DNA of 39,185 nucleotides from Bdellovibrionales bacterium. Its GTDB lineage: Bacteria > Bdellovibrionota > UBA1018 > CAIMNF01. Below, piece by piece: positions 8,845-17,434 of this stretch. The notes under the pieces are model-generated. The model did no database searches. It saw only the letters and a program-made list of their open reading frames with translations, and was not told where the DNA came from. Location of the stretch: NCBI GenBank assembly GCA_040380025.1, contig JBEIJY010000025.1:1-39185 (forward strand). The letters run 5' to 3'. Position 1 is the stretch's first letter, and every line of letters starts with the position of its first letter. A program made the position numbers and the translations under genes.

Positions 8845-9132
8845 TCAGTCTTTTTTCAGAAGCTCATCCATCTCGCCAAGCAGATAATTCAGGCGCTTGC
8901 GAGCCTCCCGCAATTCCCCAAGTCTTCGGGCAAGGCTTCGCTTGCCTTCGAGCAAATCCTCGGCGCGGCTCCAGATTCCGAGAGCGCGGGAGTCCTCGGG
9001 GGACGCACTTCGCACGGCAGGCTCGCGCAGGGTTTCCCGCCGCAGGACGACACCCGTCGCGATTCCGAATCGCGGGTACAAGGGGGAGCTCATGAATTCG
9101 CTGGAAGAGGACTGATCTCGGGTAGCTGACAT
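8845..9132 (-). CDS. Small hypothetical protein with C-terminal coiled coil
   Basis: ATG 9132 preceded by AAAGGAAAG; upstream sigma-54-like promoter; ends LGELREARKRLNYLLGEMDELLKKD. Confidence 0.55.
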   Translation of the reverse strand: MSATRDQSSSSEFMSSPLYPRFGIATGVVLRRETLREPAVRSASPEDSRALGIWSRAEDLLEGKRSLARRLGELREARKRLNYLLGEMDELLKKD

Positions 9133-9202
9133 CGGGGGCTTTCCTTTGCAATGGTGGCAATGGTGGTTCAACTTGCGTACGGGCTTCCTTTCCTTGAAGA
9201 AA

Positions 9203-9218
9203 TGCAACGGTGGTGCCA
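9203..9218 (-). promoter_or_regulatory. Sigma-54 (-24/-12) promoter
   Basis: Minus strand reads TGGCACCACCGTTGCA, matching TGGCAC-N5-TTGCW with exact GG-N10-GC spacing, in an intergenic region. Confidence 0.7.
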
Positions 9219-9284
9219 GAGGGGTTGAACGAAGAAAATACAGAATTTCAATGGCTTGGAGAGTGAAATGAATTTCGTTTTTGT

Positions 9285-10307
9285 CTAAACTTTGGACACT
9301 CTGCCGGATCCTGACTTCGGGAGGGTGAACTGGACATAGTCGGCGGCATCCTCGCGGAGGATGCCTTTCGGGTCGATCGGGGCATTCAGGGCGATTTTCT
9401 CAGAGATGGTCTGGTGTGAGCGGGTAGAAAGGGTTTTGCCGTTTTCTTGCACTTCGCGCTCGCTGGTCCGGACCCCGATCAGCTGGAAATCCTTTCCCGA
9501 TCCTTGCACCCTCAGGTTCTTCCGCTCGTGTTCGGGGACTTTCACGCGCAGAACGAAGGCATCCGGGGTTTCGCTCAATGCCGAGTCGAAGCGTTGGAGC
9601 TGGTAGAACGGATCCTGTTTTTCGGTCTCGAAGCGCGTGAGCGCCCCGCTTGCGGCCACGATCTTTTTGTGGAGCTCCCGGCGCGTGCTGTCGTCCAGGG
9701 TTTTCAGATCGGTTTCGAGCTGGTCGGTCTTTTGGGAGCGCATCGAGTTGAAGTGGCCCTCGATCGCGGTCAGGGATTCCTCGTGCACGCGTCGCCGGTC
9801 GGCGAGGAATTTTTCTTTGTTCTCACGGAGGCTTTCGAGCGCATTCTCGCTTTCCTGCATCAGGAGCTTCGTGTTCTTCGCATGATCCTCGCGGATTTCC
9901 TTGCCGGTCGAGTTCATTCTCTGCCGCTCATATTCGCCGAGTGCCGCGAACTTCCGTCGTGTGTCTTCGACCCGGGCAAGGCCCTCTTTTTCGACCGAGC
10001 GCTCCTCGGCGCGAAGGGCCGCGTCCTTTCGGCTGATTTCTTCTTTGCCACGGGACTCGAGATCCTGCTCCTCGCGGGTGATCTGGTTCTTCAGACGGCG
10101 GAGGTTCTCGTAGTGGGCGAGGCGCTCCGCCTGCGAGCCCGCCTCGAAACGATCCTCAAGGGCCGCCTTCTCGGCGGCATGGGAGCGCTTCAGGTTTTCG
10201 ATTTCGCGATCGTGGGATTCCTGGAGCTCTTCTTTTTGCTGTTTCCGGGAGCGTACCGAATCGGCAAGTTCCTGACTGTTCCCGGACCAGGGCTGGATTG
10301 TACTCAT
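9285..10307 (-). CDS. Long coiled-coil protein with C-terminal Hsp20/alpha-crystallin-like domain
   Basis: About 240 aa of E/R/K-rich helix, then ETPDAFVLRVKVP...FQLIGVR...ISEKIALNAPID...VQFTLPK; GGAGG RBS supports ATG 10307. Confidence 0.7.
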   Translation of the reverse strand: MSTIQPWSGNSQELADSVRSRKQQKEELQESHDREIENLKRSHAAEKAALEDRFEAGSQAERLAHYENLRRLKNQITREEQDLESRGKEEISRKDAALRAEERSVEKEGLARVEDTRRKFAALGEYERQRMNSTGKEIREDHAKNTKLLMQESENALESLRENKEKFLADRRRVHEESLTAIEGHFNSMRSQKTDQLETDLKTLDDSTRRELHKKIVAASGALTRFETEKQDPFYQLQRFDSALSETPDAFVLRVKVPEHERKNLRVQGSGKDFQLIGVRTSEREVQENGKTLSTRSHQTISEKIALNAPIDPKGILREDAADYVQFTLPKSGSGRVSKV

Positions 10308-10493
10308 TCCCGAGAGGTCCTCCGTCTTCAGTCTCCCGCGCGCGGCGGGATTCTTCAATGACAAAAAAACGGCGGTTTTTAGGTGGATTTCATCAAAATC
10401 CTGTCATTGACGGGCGGGAGTGCGGGCGAGACACTGAGACAAAGGCCCATGGATCGGGCTTTTCAATCGGGAGCGATCCCGGAGGACTTACGG

Positions 10494-11420
10494 ATGAGTT
10501 CAGAGACACGAGGCTTCGGAAAGAAGTCGAAAAAGGCCCGGTGTTGCCATTGCAACAAGACGATCGCCGCCCGCGAGGACGCTCTTTTTGTCGAGGAAGA
10601 GGTCGGCCGGATTTTTTGCGAGGAAGGGTGCATCGTGGCGCACTTCACACCCGAGATCGAAAAACTCGAGCGGGAATACGGCAAACAGGTCTCTCCCGGT
10701 GATCTTTCGAGCGCGGAGCGCGAACGGTATGCGCATTTCCGCTGGATGGCGCTCGAGAATCCCGACGAGATCTGGATGGAGAAGCTGCTTTCGGGCGATT
10801 CCCGCTATACCCTGATCGCCGAGTACAAGCCCGAGCAAAAAAAGGTCTGGGCGGTGGCGATGTGCCTGATGCTTCGCGGGGAACCGAGTTTTTTGTATCT
10901 TGCGTTCGTGTCGTCCGACCGGAACCTGATCGAGTTCTTCAGGCGCGGAGAGCAGATGCAGGTGGTGCGGGAGATCTCGAGCGAAGGGAGCGCGTCCGCC
11001 CCCGCTCTCACTCCCGATCGGCTTGCCGAGGCATGGACAGAGTCGGATTCGATCCGTGCGCTTTTGTTGAAGGGAAGAAAAGAGAGCGACATTCCACCCG
11101 AGGATTTCGGATTTTATCAGAAATGCCTCGAAGAAACGCTGCAGTCGCCGAGCGAGCTCTGGAGTTATCTGCCGAAATCCGCGAAGCGGATTTATCATTT
11201 CATCCGTCATTACCAGCACGAGCAACCGTTCTGGTATGTGGTGATCGCGAAGGACACCACCGACGAGACCCAGATCGAGATCATCGATGTGTTCCCGACC
11301 CGGGACGGAGAGCTGATCCAGCTTTGCCGTCATGGAAACCCGGAGCCCTTGAACGGACAAAGGGAAGAACCGGCAGGGCAGTCGGTTCTTCCCGAGAAGG
11401 TCCGGAAAAACATTCATTGA
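10494..11420 (+). CDS. Zinc-finger protein with two tandem PBECR2-like repeats
   Basis: RBS GGAGGA before ATG 10494; CCHC...FCEEGC metal site; internal repeats ALENPDEIW and TLQSPSELW. Confidence 0.6.
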   Translation: MSSETRGFGKKSKKARCCHCNKTIAAREDALFVEEEVGRIFCEEGCIVAHFTPEIEKLEREYGKQVSPGDLSSAERERYAHFRWMALENPDEIWMEKLLSGDSRYTLIAEYKPEQKKVWAVAMCLMLRGEPSFLYLAFVSSDRNLIEFFRRGEQMQVVREISSEGSASAPALTPDRLAEAWTESDSIRALLLKGRKESDIPPEDFGFYQKCLEETLQSPSELWSYLPKSAKRIYHFIRHYQHEQPFWYVVIAKDTTDETQIEIIDVFPTRDGELIQLCRHGNPEPLNGQREEPAGQSVLPEKVRKNIH

Positions 11421-11445
11421 AGGGCGGGATCCGCAGCGTGCAGAA

Positions 11446-11967
11446 TCAGATGGAGCCTGCTGCGTACGTGACCCCGATGCTTTGAGCGCACATCTGCAGG
11501 TACTGGGGCGGTTGGTTCGCCATGCACCAGTACAGTCCGCTACTCGGATTGCCAGCAGGCGCAATCAAAACCGAATTGAAGTTCACTCCCGAAAAATTCA
11601 GCTCTTCTCCGCTTGCGGGGAGATTGCGGCAAACATAGACGGGATTCCCGGTTTGGGCATTGATCAGGGGGACTCCATTTGCGGCTGCGAACACGCACAC
11701 ACCCTGCTCAGTGGCATTCGCGCCCGGAATGATCCGGATCGAAGAATAGCTCTGACCGCGGCAACCACGGAATTGAAAGTTCTGATTCGTGCCTTGGATG
11801 TTGGTCTGATTGCAGGACGTTTGGGTGTTGGTGTTCAGTTGCCCCGGGGGCTGGCCCGGCATTCCCAGAGCCGCATAGCTCAGATCCGGAGTGGATCGGC
11901 CGTTTCCGCAGGCGGAGCCCAGAATCACGGTCGCGATCAAAATAAAAATCGATTTCATTGCCTTCAT
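11446..11967 (-). CDS. Hypothetical lipoprotein, Cys/Asn/Gln-rich
   Basis: Signal peptide with lipobox-like LGSAC; six further Cys; AAGGAAG RBS. Confidence 0.75.
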   Translation of the reverse strand: MKAMKSIFILIATVILGSACGNGRSTPDLSYAALGMPGQPPGQLNTNTQTSCNQTNIQGTNQNFQFRGCRGQSYSSIRIIPGANATEQGVCVFAAANGVPLINAQTGNPVYVCRNLPASGEELNFSGVNFNSVLIAPAGNPSSGLYWCMANQPPQYLQMCAQSIGVTYAAGSI

Positions 11968-11999
11968 AAATCTTCCTTTTTTCTCTCACTCAAGGGAAT

Positions 12000-12015
12000 T
12001 GCAAAGGGGATGCCA
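12000..12015 (-). promoter_or_regulatory. Sigma-54 (-24/-12) promoter
   Basis: Minus strand reads TGGCATCCCCTTTGCA with exact GG-N10-GC spacing, about 30 bp upstream of the lipoprotein start. Confidence 0.7.
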
Positions 12016-12056
12016 GATTTTATTTTGAAATCATTGGGGTTTTTGCCATGAAACTG

Positions 12057-13649
12057 TCAAATTTTTCGACGGCTGAATAAAACTGCCACGAAACCGAGGG
12101 TCAGGAGCTGGCAGAGGCGCGCATACCAGTTGCCGCCGAAGACCCCTGCGAGGATCAGGAAGGGCGGCGCGGGCATCAGGCGCTTCGGGATTTCGGCCTG
12201 CAGGATGTCCTCCTGGTAAATTCCGGTGCTTCTTCCGGAATCTCCGGTCGGATCAACGAAAATCGTGATCCCGGTGTTGGTTGAGCGGAGCAGGGGAAGC
12301 CGGGTCTCGATCGTCCGGAACCGGGTCAGGGCCAGATGCAGGTGGGGCTCCCCCTGCTCGCCGAACCAGGAGTCATTCGTGACATTCAGGAGCGCGTCCG
12401 CGCCTTGCAACGCTCCTTGCGCCGAGTGGTCCGAAAAAAGGCCTTCGTAGCAGATCGAAGGAGCGAAGCGAAACTCCACACCCTCGCGATTCTTCGCGGT
12501 GTGGATCTCGGGTCCGGGGCCGCGCCCGAAGAAGCCCATGGTCGGAAACCAGCTTTTCATCGAGGGAAACGAATCGGCGAGTGGCAGGGTCTCTCCGAAC
12601 AGCAAGAGGATGTTCTTGTGGTAGACGCTCTTCGTCCCGTCGCGGGGGTCGTAAAAATAAAGCGAGTTGAATTCCTCGCGGGAGCGCTCGTCGTAGTCGT
12701 ATCCGCCGAAAATGAACCGCGAATCCGACTGCGAGAGCAGTTGGTCGAAGCGCTCCTGCATCCGTTCCTCGGATCGGGTGGATGGTCTTTGAAACAAGGC
12801 CGGAAACGCCGTTTCGGGCCAGATCACGGCATCCGGCTTCGCTTCGCTTTTGAGGGCGAGCGCGCTCAAGCCGAGGTAGCGGTCCATGACCTGTTCGGCG
12901 GCATCCATCCCGCCGCCTTCGGCCGCAATTTTCAGGTAGTCTCCGATATTGGCCTGAATCATCGCCGTCCTGAAGACTGGGCCGCCCGCAGCTGCGGTTT
13001 TCAGGGTTTCATATTGCGTGACCCGCATCTGCCCGTACCCGCAGAGCGCGAGGATCACCGCAAGAGAATAAAAAGCAGGACGCAAAACGCGGGTCCGGAG
13101 CGCAAGATACCAGAGCTCATTCACGGCGATGACCAGCGTGGTGAGCAAAAACGGTCCGCCGAGATCGGCGGCCTGCCGGATCCACGAAGAGCGGTAGAAC
13201 GCGTGGCCCGCGGTATCGAGAAAAAGCTTCGGGTAGAGGGATTCGATACCTGCATACAGAACGCCCGAAAAAACCGCAAAAAGAAAAGGAAACCGGCCGG
13301 GGATCCCGGACGACAGGAGCTCGCGCCGGAGGGCCATGAAGAGCGGGATTTGCAGTTGTCCGGTCAGGGTGAAGAGCGCGAACAGCGAGAGCGCCGCAGG
13401 GAGCGGGAGCCCGCCATAGGCACGGGTGGCATGCACCACCCAGTAAAATCCGCCGATGCAAATCACCGCGGCCGGAATCAACGAGACCAGCAGGAGCCTG
13501 CGGAGGGTCCGCTCGGGGGCGGGGAGCCGATCGAGGGCGAAAAAAAGCGGAAGAAAGGCGAACCACTGGAGCCAGGCCTGATCCCACGGGGCGAACGAGA
13601 ACACATAGAGCACTCCCGAAAGGAGCGCGAGCGCGATGCTGGTCTGCAT
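12057..13649 (-). CDS. lnt: Apolipoprotein N-acyltransferase
   Basis: N-terminal TMs plus nitrilase-fold motifs IWPETA, YHKNILLLFGE, ICYE, NVTNDSWF and RSTNTG. Confidence 0.95.
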   Translation of the reverse strand: MQTSIALALLSGVLYVFSFAPWDQAWLQWFAFLPLFFALDRLPAPERTLRRLLLVSLIPAAVICIGGFYWVVHATRAYGGLPLPAALSLFALFTLTGQLQIPLFMALRRELLSSGIPGRFPFLFAVFSGVLYAGIESLYPKLFLDTAGHAFYRSSWIRQAADLGGPFLLTTLVIAVNELWYLALRTRVLRPAFYSLAVILALCGYGQMRVTQYETLKTAAAGGPVFRTAMIQANIGDYLKIAAEGGGMDAAEQVMDRYLGLSALALKSEAKPDAVIWPETAFPALFQRPSTRSEERMQERFDQLLSQSDSRFIFGGYDYDERSREEFNSLYFYDPRDGTKSVYHKNILLLFGETLPLADSFPSMKSWFPTMGFFGRGPGPEIHTAKNREGVEFRFAPSICYEGLFSDHSAQGALQGADALLNVTNDSWFGEQGEPHLHLALTRFRTIETRLPLLRSTNTGITIFVDPTGDSGRSTGIYQEDILQAEIPKRLMPAPPFLILAGVFGGNWYARLCQLLTLGFVAVLFSRRKI

Positions 13650-13691
13650 GGGAAATCAGGCTAGCAAATCGAACAGAGAGAAGGGAGGGAT

Positions 13692-14726
13692 TTATTTTTT
13701 CGAGGCCGTGGTCCGGCTGATTTTTTTGGTGAGATCGAGGGCGAGAAGCGCACGGTACGCATCGACCTTGCCGCCCGAGGCGATTTTACCGCGCAGGGAA
13801 GCCACCGGCGTGCTGTTCCGGATGATGAGATCCTTCACCTGATGGGGGAGCAGGTTCGGCGCGCTCGACAAAAGAAGCGCCGCGATTCCGCTCACGAACG
13901 CCGTGGCTTGCGAGGTTCCGGTGAGCTTCCCGTACCGTGCTCCGGGAATCGTGCTCAGGATTCCCTCGCCCGGGGCCGCAACGTCGACGGAGCGGAGTCC
14001 CCAGTTCGAGGAGGGAAGAATGCGGTTCACCGCATCGATCGAGGCGACCGTGATAATGTTGCGAAGGCCTTTCAGCTGATACGCCGCCGGATAATAGCGG
14101 TATTCTTCGAGGTCGGTGTCGTGATGCTCGTTCCCGGCCGCGGCGACGATCAGGACTCCGTGCTGCTCGGCCTTTTTCATGGCCTGGAATTCTTCTTCGG
14201 AATATTCGGGGCCGCCGCCCGAGTAGTTGATGATCTTCGCACCGTTGTCGATCGCATAGTGCAGGGCTTTGATCGTATTGGCGAGATTCACCGAGCCGGG
14301 TGCGATTTCGGAATAATAGCGCACGGGCATGATGCGGACGATCGGGCTCACGCCTGCGGTGCCGGTTTTCGGGTTCGCGATGGCGCCGATGATTCCCGCG
14401 ATGTGTGTTCCGTGTCCGTGGGTGTCGTAGGGATTCCGGGTGCGATTCACGAAGTCCCAACCGTAGGTGCTTCCCAGGGCGGGATATTCGGGAGTGTTCG
14501 GAGCCTTCCAGAGATTGGGGCGGATGTCGGGATGGTTCGGATCGATGCCGGTGTCGATCACGGCGACCACGACCTCGGGGCTTCCCCGCGAGAGGGTCCA
14601 GGCTTTTTCGACGTTCGAGGCTTTCTCTTCCAGTCCCCAGTTCTTGAGTTTGAAGGAGGCTCCGTGGGAAGCCGGGACGAGTCCGGCAAAGAGAATCGCG
14701 CTGAAAATGATATTCAATGGCTTCAC
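13692..14726 (-). CDS. Secreted S8 (subtilisin) serine protease
   Basis: Catalytic triad VIDTG, HGTHIAG and GTSQATA; oxyanion AAAGNE; GTG start at 14726 chosen because it begins a signal peptide (ASHG-A) and lies downstream of a sigma-54-like site. Confidence 0.92.
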   Translation of the reverse strand: MKPLNIIFSAILFAGLVPASHGASFKLKNWGLEEKASNVEKAWTLSRGSPEVVVAVIDTGIDPNHPDIRPNLWKAPNTPEYPALGSTYGWDFVNRTRNPYDTHGHGTHIAGIIGAIANPKTGTAGVSPIVRIMPVRYYSEIAPGSVNLANTIKALHYAIDNGAKIINYSGGGPEYSEEEFQAMKKAEQHGVLIVAAAGNEHHDTDLEEYRYYPAAYQLKGLRNIITVASIDAVNRILPSSNWGLRSVDVAAPGEGILSTIPGARYGKLTGTSQATAFVSGIAALLLSSAPNLLPHQVKDLIIRNSTPVASLRGKIASGGKVDAYRALLALDLTKKISRTTASKK

Positions 14727-14759
14727 TCGAAGTTCCGTGCCTTTCTTCTCTCCCCACTC

Positions 14760-14775
14760 TTCAAGTTCGATGCCA
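14760..14775 (-). promoter_or_regulatory. Sigma-54-like promoter (GA variant at -12)
   Basis: Minus strand reads TGGCATCGAACTTGAA: correct spacing but TTGA in place of TTGC; about 34 bp upstream of the S8 start. Confidence 0.45.
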
Positions 14776-14900
14776 GAACCGAAAAGGGACCGCTGGGAGG
14801 ATGACCCGCCAACTGCTTGAAAGCAATACCATATTTCGTAAACTGTTCTCATGGATTTTGTGTGTTCCCGATCTGAAAAGCAATTTTACACACAGGCGTC

Positions 14901-14928
14901 TAAAGATTGGACATCCGGGCTCCGACGA
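14901..14928 (+). promoter_or_regulatory. Possible sigma-28 (FliA) promoter
   Basis: TAAA, 16 bp, TCCGACGA just before ATG 14935; consensus is TAAA-N15-GCCGATAA, so the spacer is one base long. Confidence 0.3.
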
Positions 14929-14934
14929 GCAGAC

Positions 14935-15792
14935 ATGGGCGTTTGGATCATCGGGATGTGGGGATGGATGGCGGCAGGGTTCGGCGGGTGTGCTCTTGCC
15001 GGCGAAGAGGAGGCCTTGCGGCCTGCGTTTGCGATCCTGGCCGGGACCGGAACGGGTGCGAAAATCCTCGATCGAGCACGATTGCGGAAGGTCCCCGTCG
15101 TTCTGGGGGACGTGTCAAAAACCGAGATGGTGGCCACCCGAACCGGAGAGGGACTGAACCAGCAGATTTCGACCCGAACAAAGGTATTGGTCGCCAACGG
15201 TAAGGAGCCCGTTTTTCAGGCGCTTGATCTGGCGCATGAGCTCGTGCATGCCACGGCCGCAAGGCCCAATCCCTTCGATCCGAAGCTCGATCCGGCCTCG
15301 TATGTCCGGTCCGGAATCGAGGGGCAAGGGGGCGAGGCGGTGGCGATCCGCACCGAGTGCCAGGTGGGACGGGAATTGGTCCAGGGCGCGCGAAGACTGG
15401 GCCTGAAAGAAGAAACCGTGCGTTTGATCCAAGCGCGGTGTTCGTCCGTCTGGAAAGCCTCGGTCGAGCCTGCGGCATGGATCGAGTCGTTTTATCACTT
15501 GGGCCGTCACCACGGCGACTTCGTGGACTGGCTCCGGCAGCTTGGCCTTCCGGGACTGCAGGGACACGGCTGGAGCAGAAAAGTGGCCGCGAAATCACCG
15601 CTTTTTTCTTCTGCGGTGACGCACAAGCCGTATCCTCTGGCCTTGCTCGAAGAATATGTGGAGATCACAAAAAAGGTCTGCGGCCGTCGGCCTGCGAGTG
15701 TTCCCCGGCGATCTGTCGGATCTTCTGCCGGATCTTCCGCCGCGGATTGGTCTGCCCGCTGCGCCCCGATTCGGGTATCATCAAAACCATGA
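14935..15792 (+). CDS. Putative secreted HExxH zinc metallopeptidase-like protein
   Basis: Hydrophobic N-terminus ending ALA; DLAHELVHA followed by GGEA (possible third ligand); stop overlaps next ATG. Confidence 0.6.
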   Translation: MGVWIIGMWGWMAAGFGGCALAGEEEALRPAFAILAGTGTGAKILDRARLRKVPVVLGDVSKTEMVATRTGEGLNQQISTRTKVLVANGKEPVFQALDLAHELVHATAARPNPFDPKLDPASYVRSGIEGQGGEAVAIRTECQVGRELVQGARRLGLKEETVRLIQARCSSVWKASVEPAAWIESFYHLGRHHGDFVDWLRQLGLPGLQGHGWSRKVAAKSPLFSSAVTHKPYPLALLEEYVEITKKVCGRRPASVPRRSVGSSAGSSAADWSARCAPIRVSSKP

Positions 15793-16289
15793 GCAAAACC
15801 CTCATCCTCATCCGTCACGCCCATCGCGATTCTTCCGACCCCTCGCTCGACAACGGCCTGAGCGAAAAAGGGAGGGATCAGGTGGAACGTCTGGTGGAGT
15901 TTCTGCACCGGTTTTTGCATCGCGACCTGAAAAGAGAACTCGAAGATGCCAAGCCGGTCTTTCTTTCCTCGCCCAAAAAAAGATGCCGCGAGACGCTCGG
16001 GCCTGTGGCCGCGCGGGAGCATCGCGAAATCGAAGTGGATCCGCGCCTTTCGGAGGTTTCTCCGATCGAATCCGCGCATGATTTCGAGGAGCGGGTTTCG
16101 GGATTCATCGACGATTGGAAATACGACGGCGCTCCTTTGACCATCGCTTGTTCGCACGGGGACTGGATTCCGGTTTTGGTCCAACGCCTGACCGGAGCCC
16201 GCATCGGAATCCGGAAGTCGGGAGTGGTGGTCCTCGAGTCCGTGGGCGGGGAGATCTTCCTGACGAACCTGATTCAAAAACCTTTCTGA
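15789..16289 (+). CDS. Histidine phosphatase (SixA/phosphoglycerate mutase family)
   Basis: LILIRHA, SSPKKRCRET and ACSHGD motifs; ATGA overlap with upstream gene. Confidence 0.85.
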   Translation: MSKTLILIRHAHRDSSDPSLDNGLSEKGRDQVERLVEFLHRFLHRDLKRELEDAKPVFLSSPKKRCRETLGPVAAREHREIEVDPRLSEVSPIESAHDFEERVSGFIDDWKYDGAPLTIACSHGDWIPVLVQRLTGARIGIRKSGVVVLESVGGEIFLTNLIQKPF

Positions 16290-16311
16290 AAATGCTAGGA
16301 TCCGAGGCCTC

Positions 16312-17421
16312 ATGGATCCTTTCAAGACCTCCTCGTACCGGTTCGATCTTCCTCCCGAGCTGATCGCGGCAGAGCCGCTTCGTGAGCGCGATCAGTCGCG
16401 GCTTCTGGTGGTGAACCGCAAATCCAAAACCCTCGAACACCGCTCCGTTTCGGAGCTTCCGGAGATCCTGCCGGAAGGAGCCCTGGTGGTTGCGAACAAC
16501 ACGCGGGTGTTCAAGGCCCGTCTGTCGGGCGAGCGGACCGGAACCGGGGGCAAGGTGGAATTCCTGATGGTGAGACAAAGGGGGCCTCTGATTTGGGAGG
16601 GACTCATGAAATCCGGAGCGCGGGTGCTCCCGGGGTTTTCGTTTCGGATTCCGAAACCCGACGGGACATTCCTTTCGGCCGAGGTGGTCGCCCGCACGGA
16701 GTCGTCTTCGGGTGCGGTGTTCACCGCCAAGTTCGCGGAGGATCCGGTCGGTTTGGATTTGGGGGAGGTGCCTCTTCCACCCTATATCGTGGAACGCAGG
16801 GCCACCCTGGCGAAAGAGGCGCGTGCGACGCAGGAACGGAAGACGGATGAGCTGGATACGTACAACACGCTCTTCGCCAAAGAGACCGGTTCGGTAGCCG
16901 CTCCCACGGCGGGACGGCATGTGACCCCGGAGCTCATCCGGCGGATGCGCGAGCGCAGGATCGGTTGGGAGGAGATCACGCTTCATGTCGGGATCGGAAC
17001 CTTCAAGCCGGTGATGACCGAAGACGTGCGCCAGCACGACATGCACGAGGAGTGGACCAGCATCCTTCCCGCAGTCTCTGATCGGATTGTCGGTGCGAAG
17101 CGCGAAGGCCGTACTCTTCTTGCCATCGGAACCACCACCGCGCGGACGCTCGAAGCGCGCGCATTTCTGCAAAACGGAGAGTTCATTTTAGAATCCGGAG
17201 CATGCGACGTGAATGTGTTCATCCATCCCGGAGCGGAATACCGCTGGAAGGCGGTCGATTGGATGCTGACCAATTTTCATCTGCCGGAGAGCACGCTGAT
17301 CATGATGATCGCCTCCCGCATCGGAGACATCGAGTTCACGCTTCACGCCTATCGCGAGGCGATCCGCAATCGCTATCGGTTTTACAGCTATGGCGATGCC
17401 ATGCTCATCACGGACCGATGA
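16312..17421 (+). CDS. queA: S-adenosylmethionine:tRNA ribosyltransferase-isomerase
   Basis: FDLPPELIA, NNTRVFKARL, PLPPYI, GSVAAPTAG, TLHVGIGTF, TNFHLPEST and YRFYSYGDAM motifs. Confidence 0.96.
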   Translation: MDPFKTSSYRFDLPPELIAAEPLRERDQSRLLVVNRKSKTLEHRSVSELPEILPEGALVVANNTRVFKARLSGERTGTGGKVEFLMVRQRGPLIWEGLMKSGARVLPGFSFRIPKPDGTFLSAEVVARTESSSGAVFTAKFAEDPVGLDLGEVPLPPYIVERRATLAKEARATQERKTDELDTYNTLFAKETGSVAAPTAGRHVTPELIRRMRERRIGWEEITLHVGIGTFKPVMTEDVRQHDMHEEWTSILPAVSDRIVGAKREGRTLLAIGTTTARTLEARAFLQNGEFILESGACDVNVFIHPGAEYRWKAVDWMLTNFHLPESTLIMMIASRIGDIEFTLHAYREAIRNRYRFYSYGDAMLITDR

Positions 17422-17434
17422 GAGCAGGAAGATT

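Noticed and set aside
15718..15741. 12-bp tandem duplication encoding GSSAGSSA
   Set aside because: Two copies in a low-complexity C-terminal linker; ordinary slippage, not an array.
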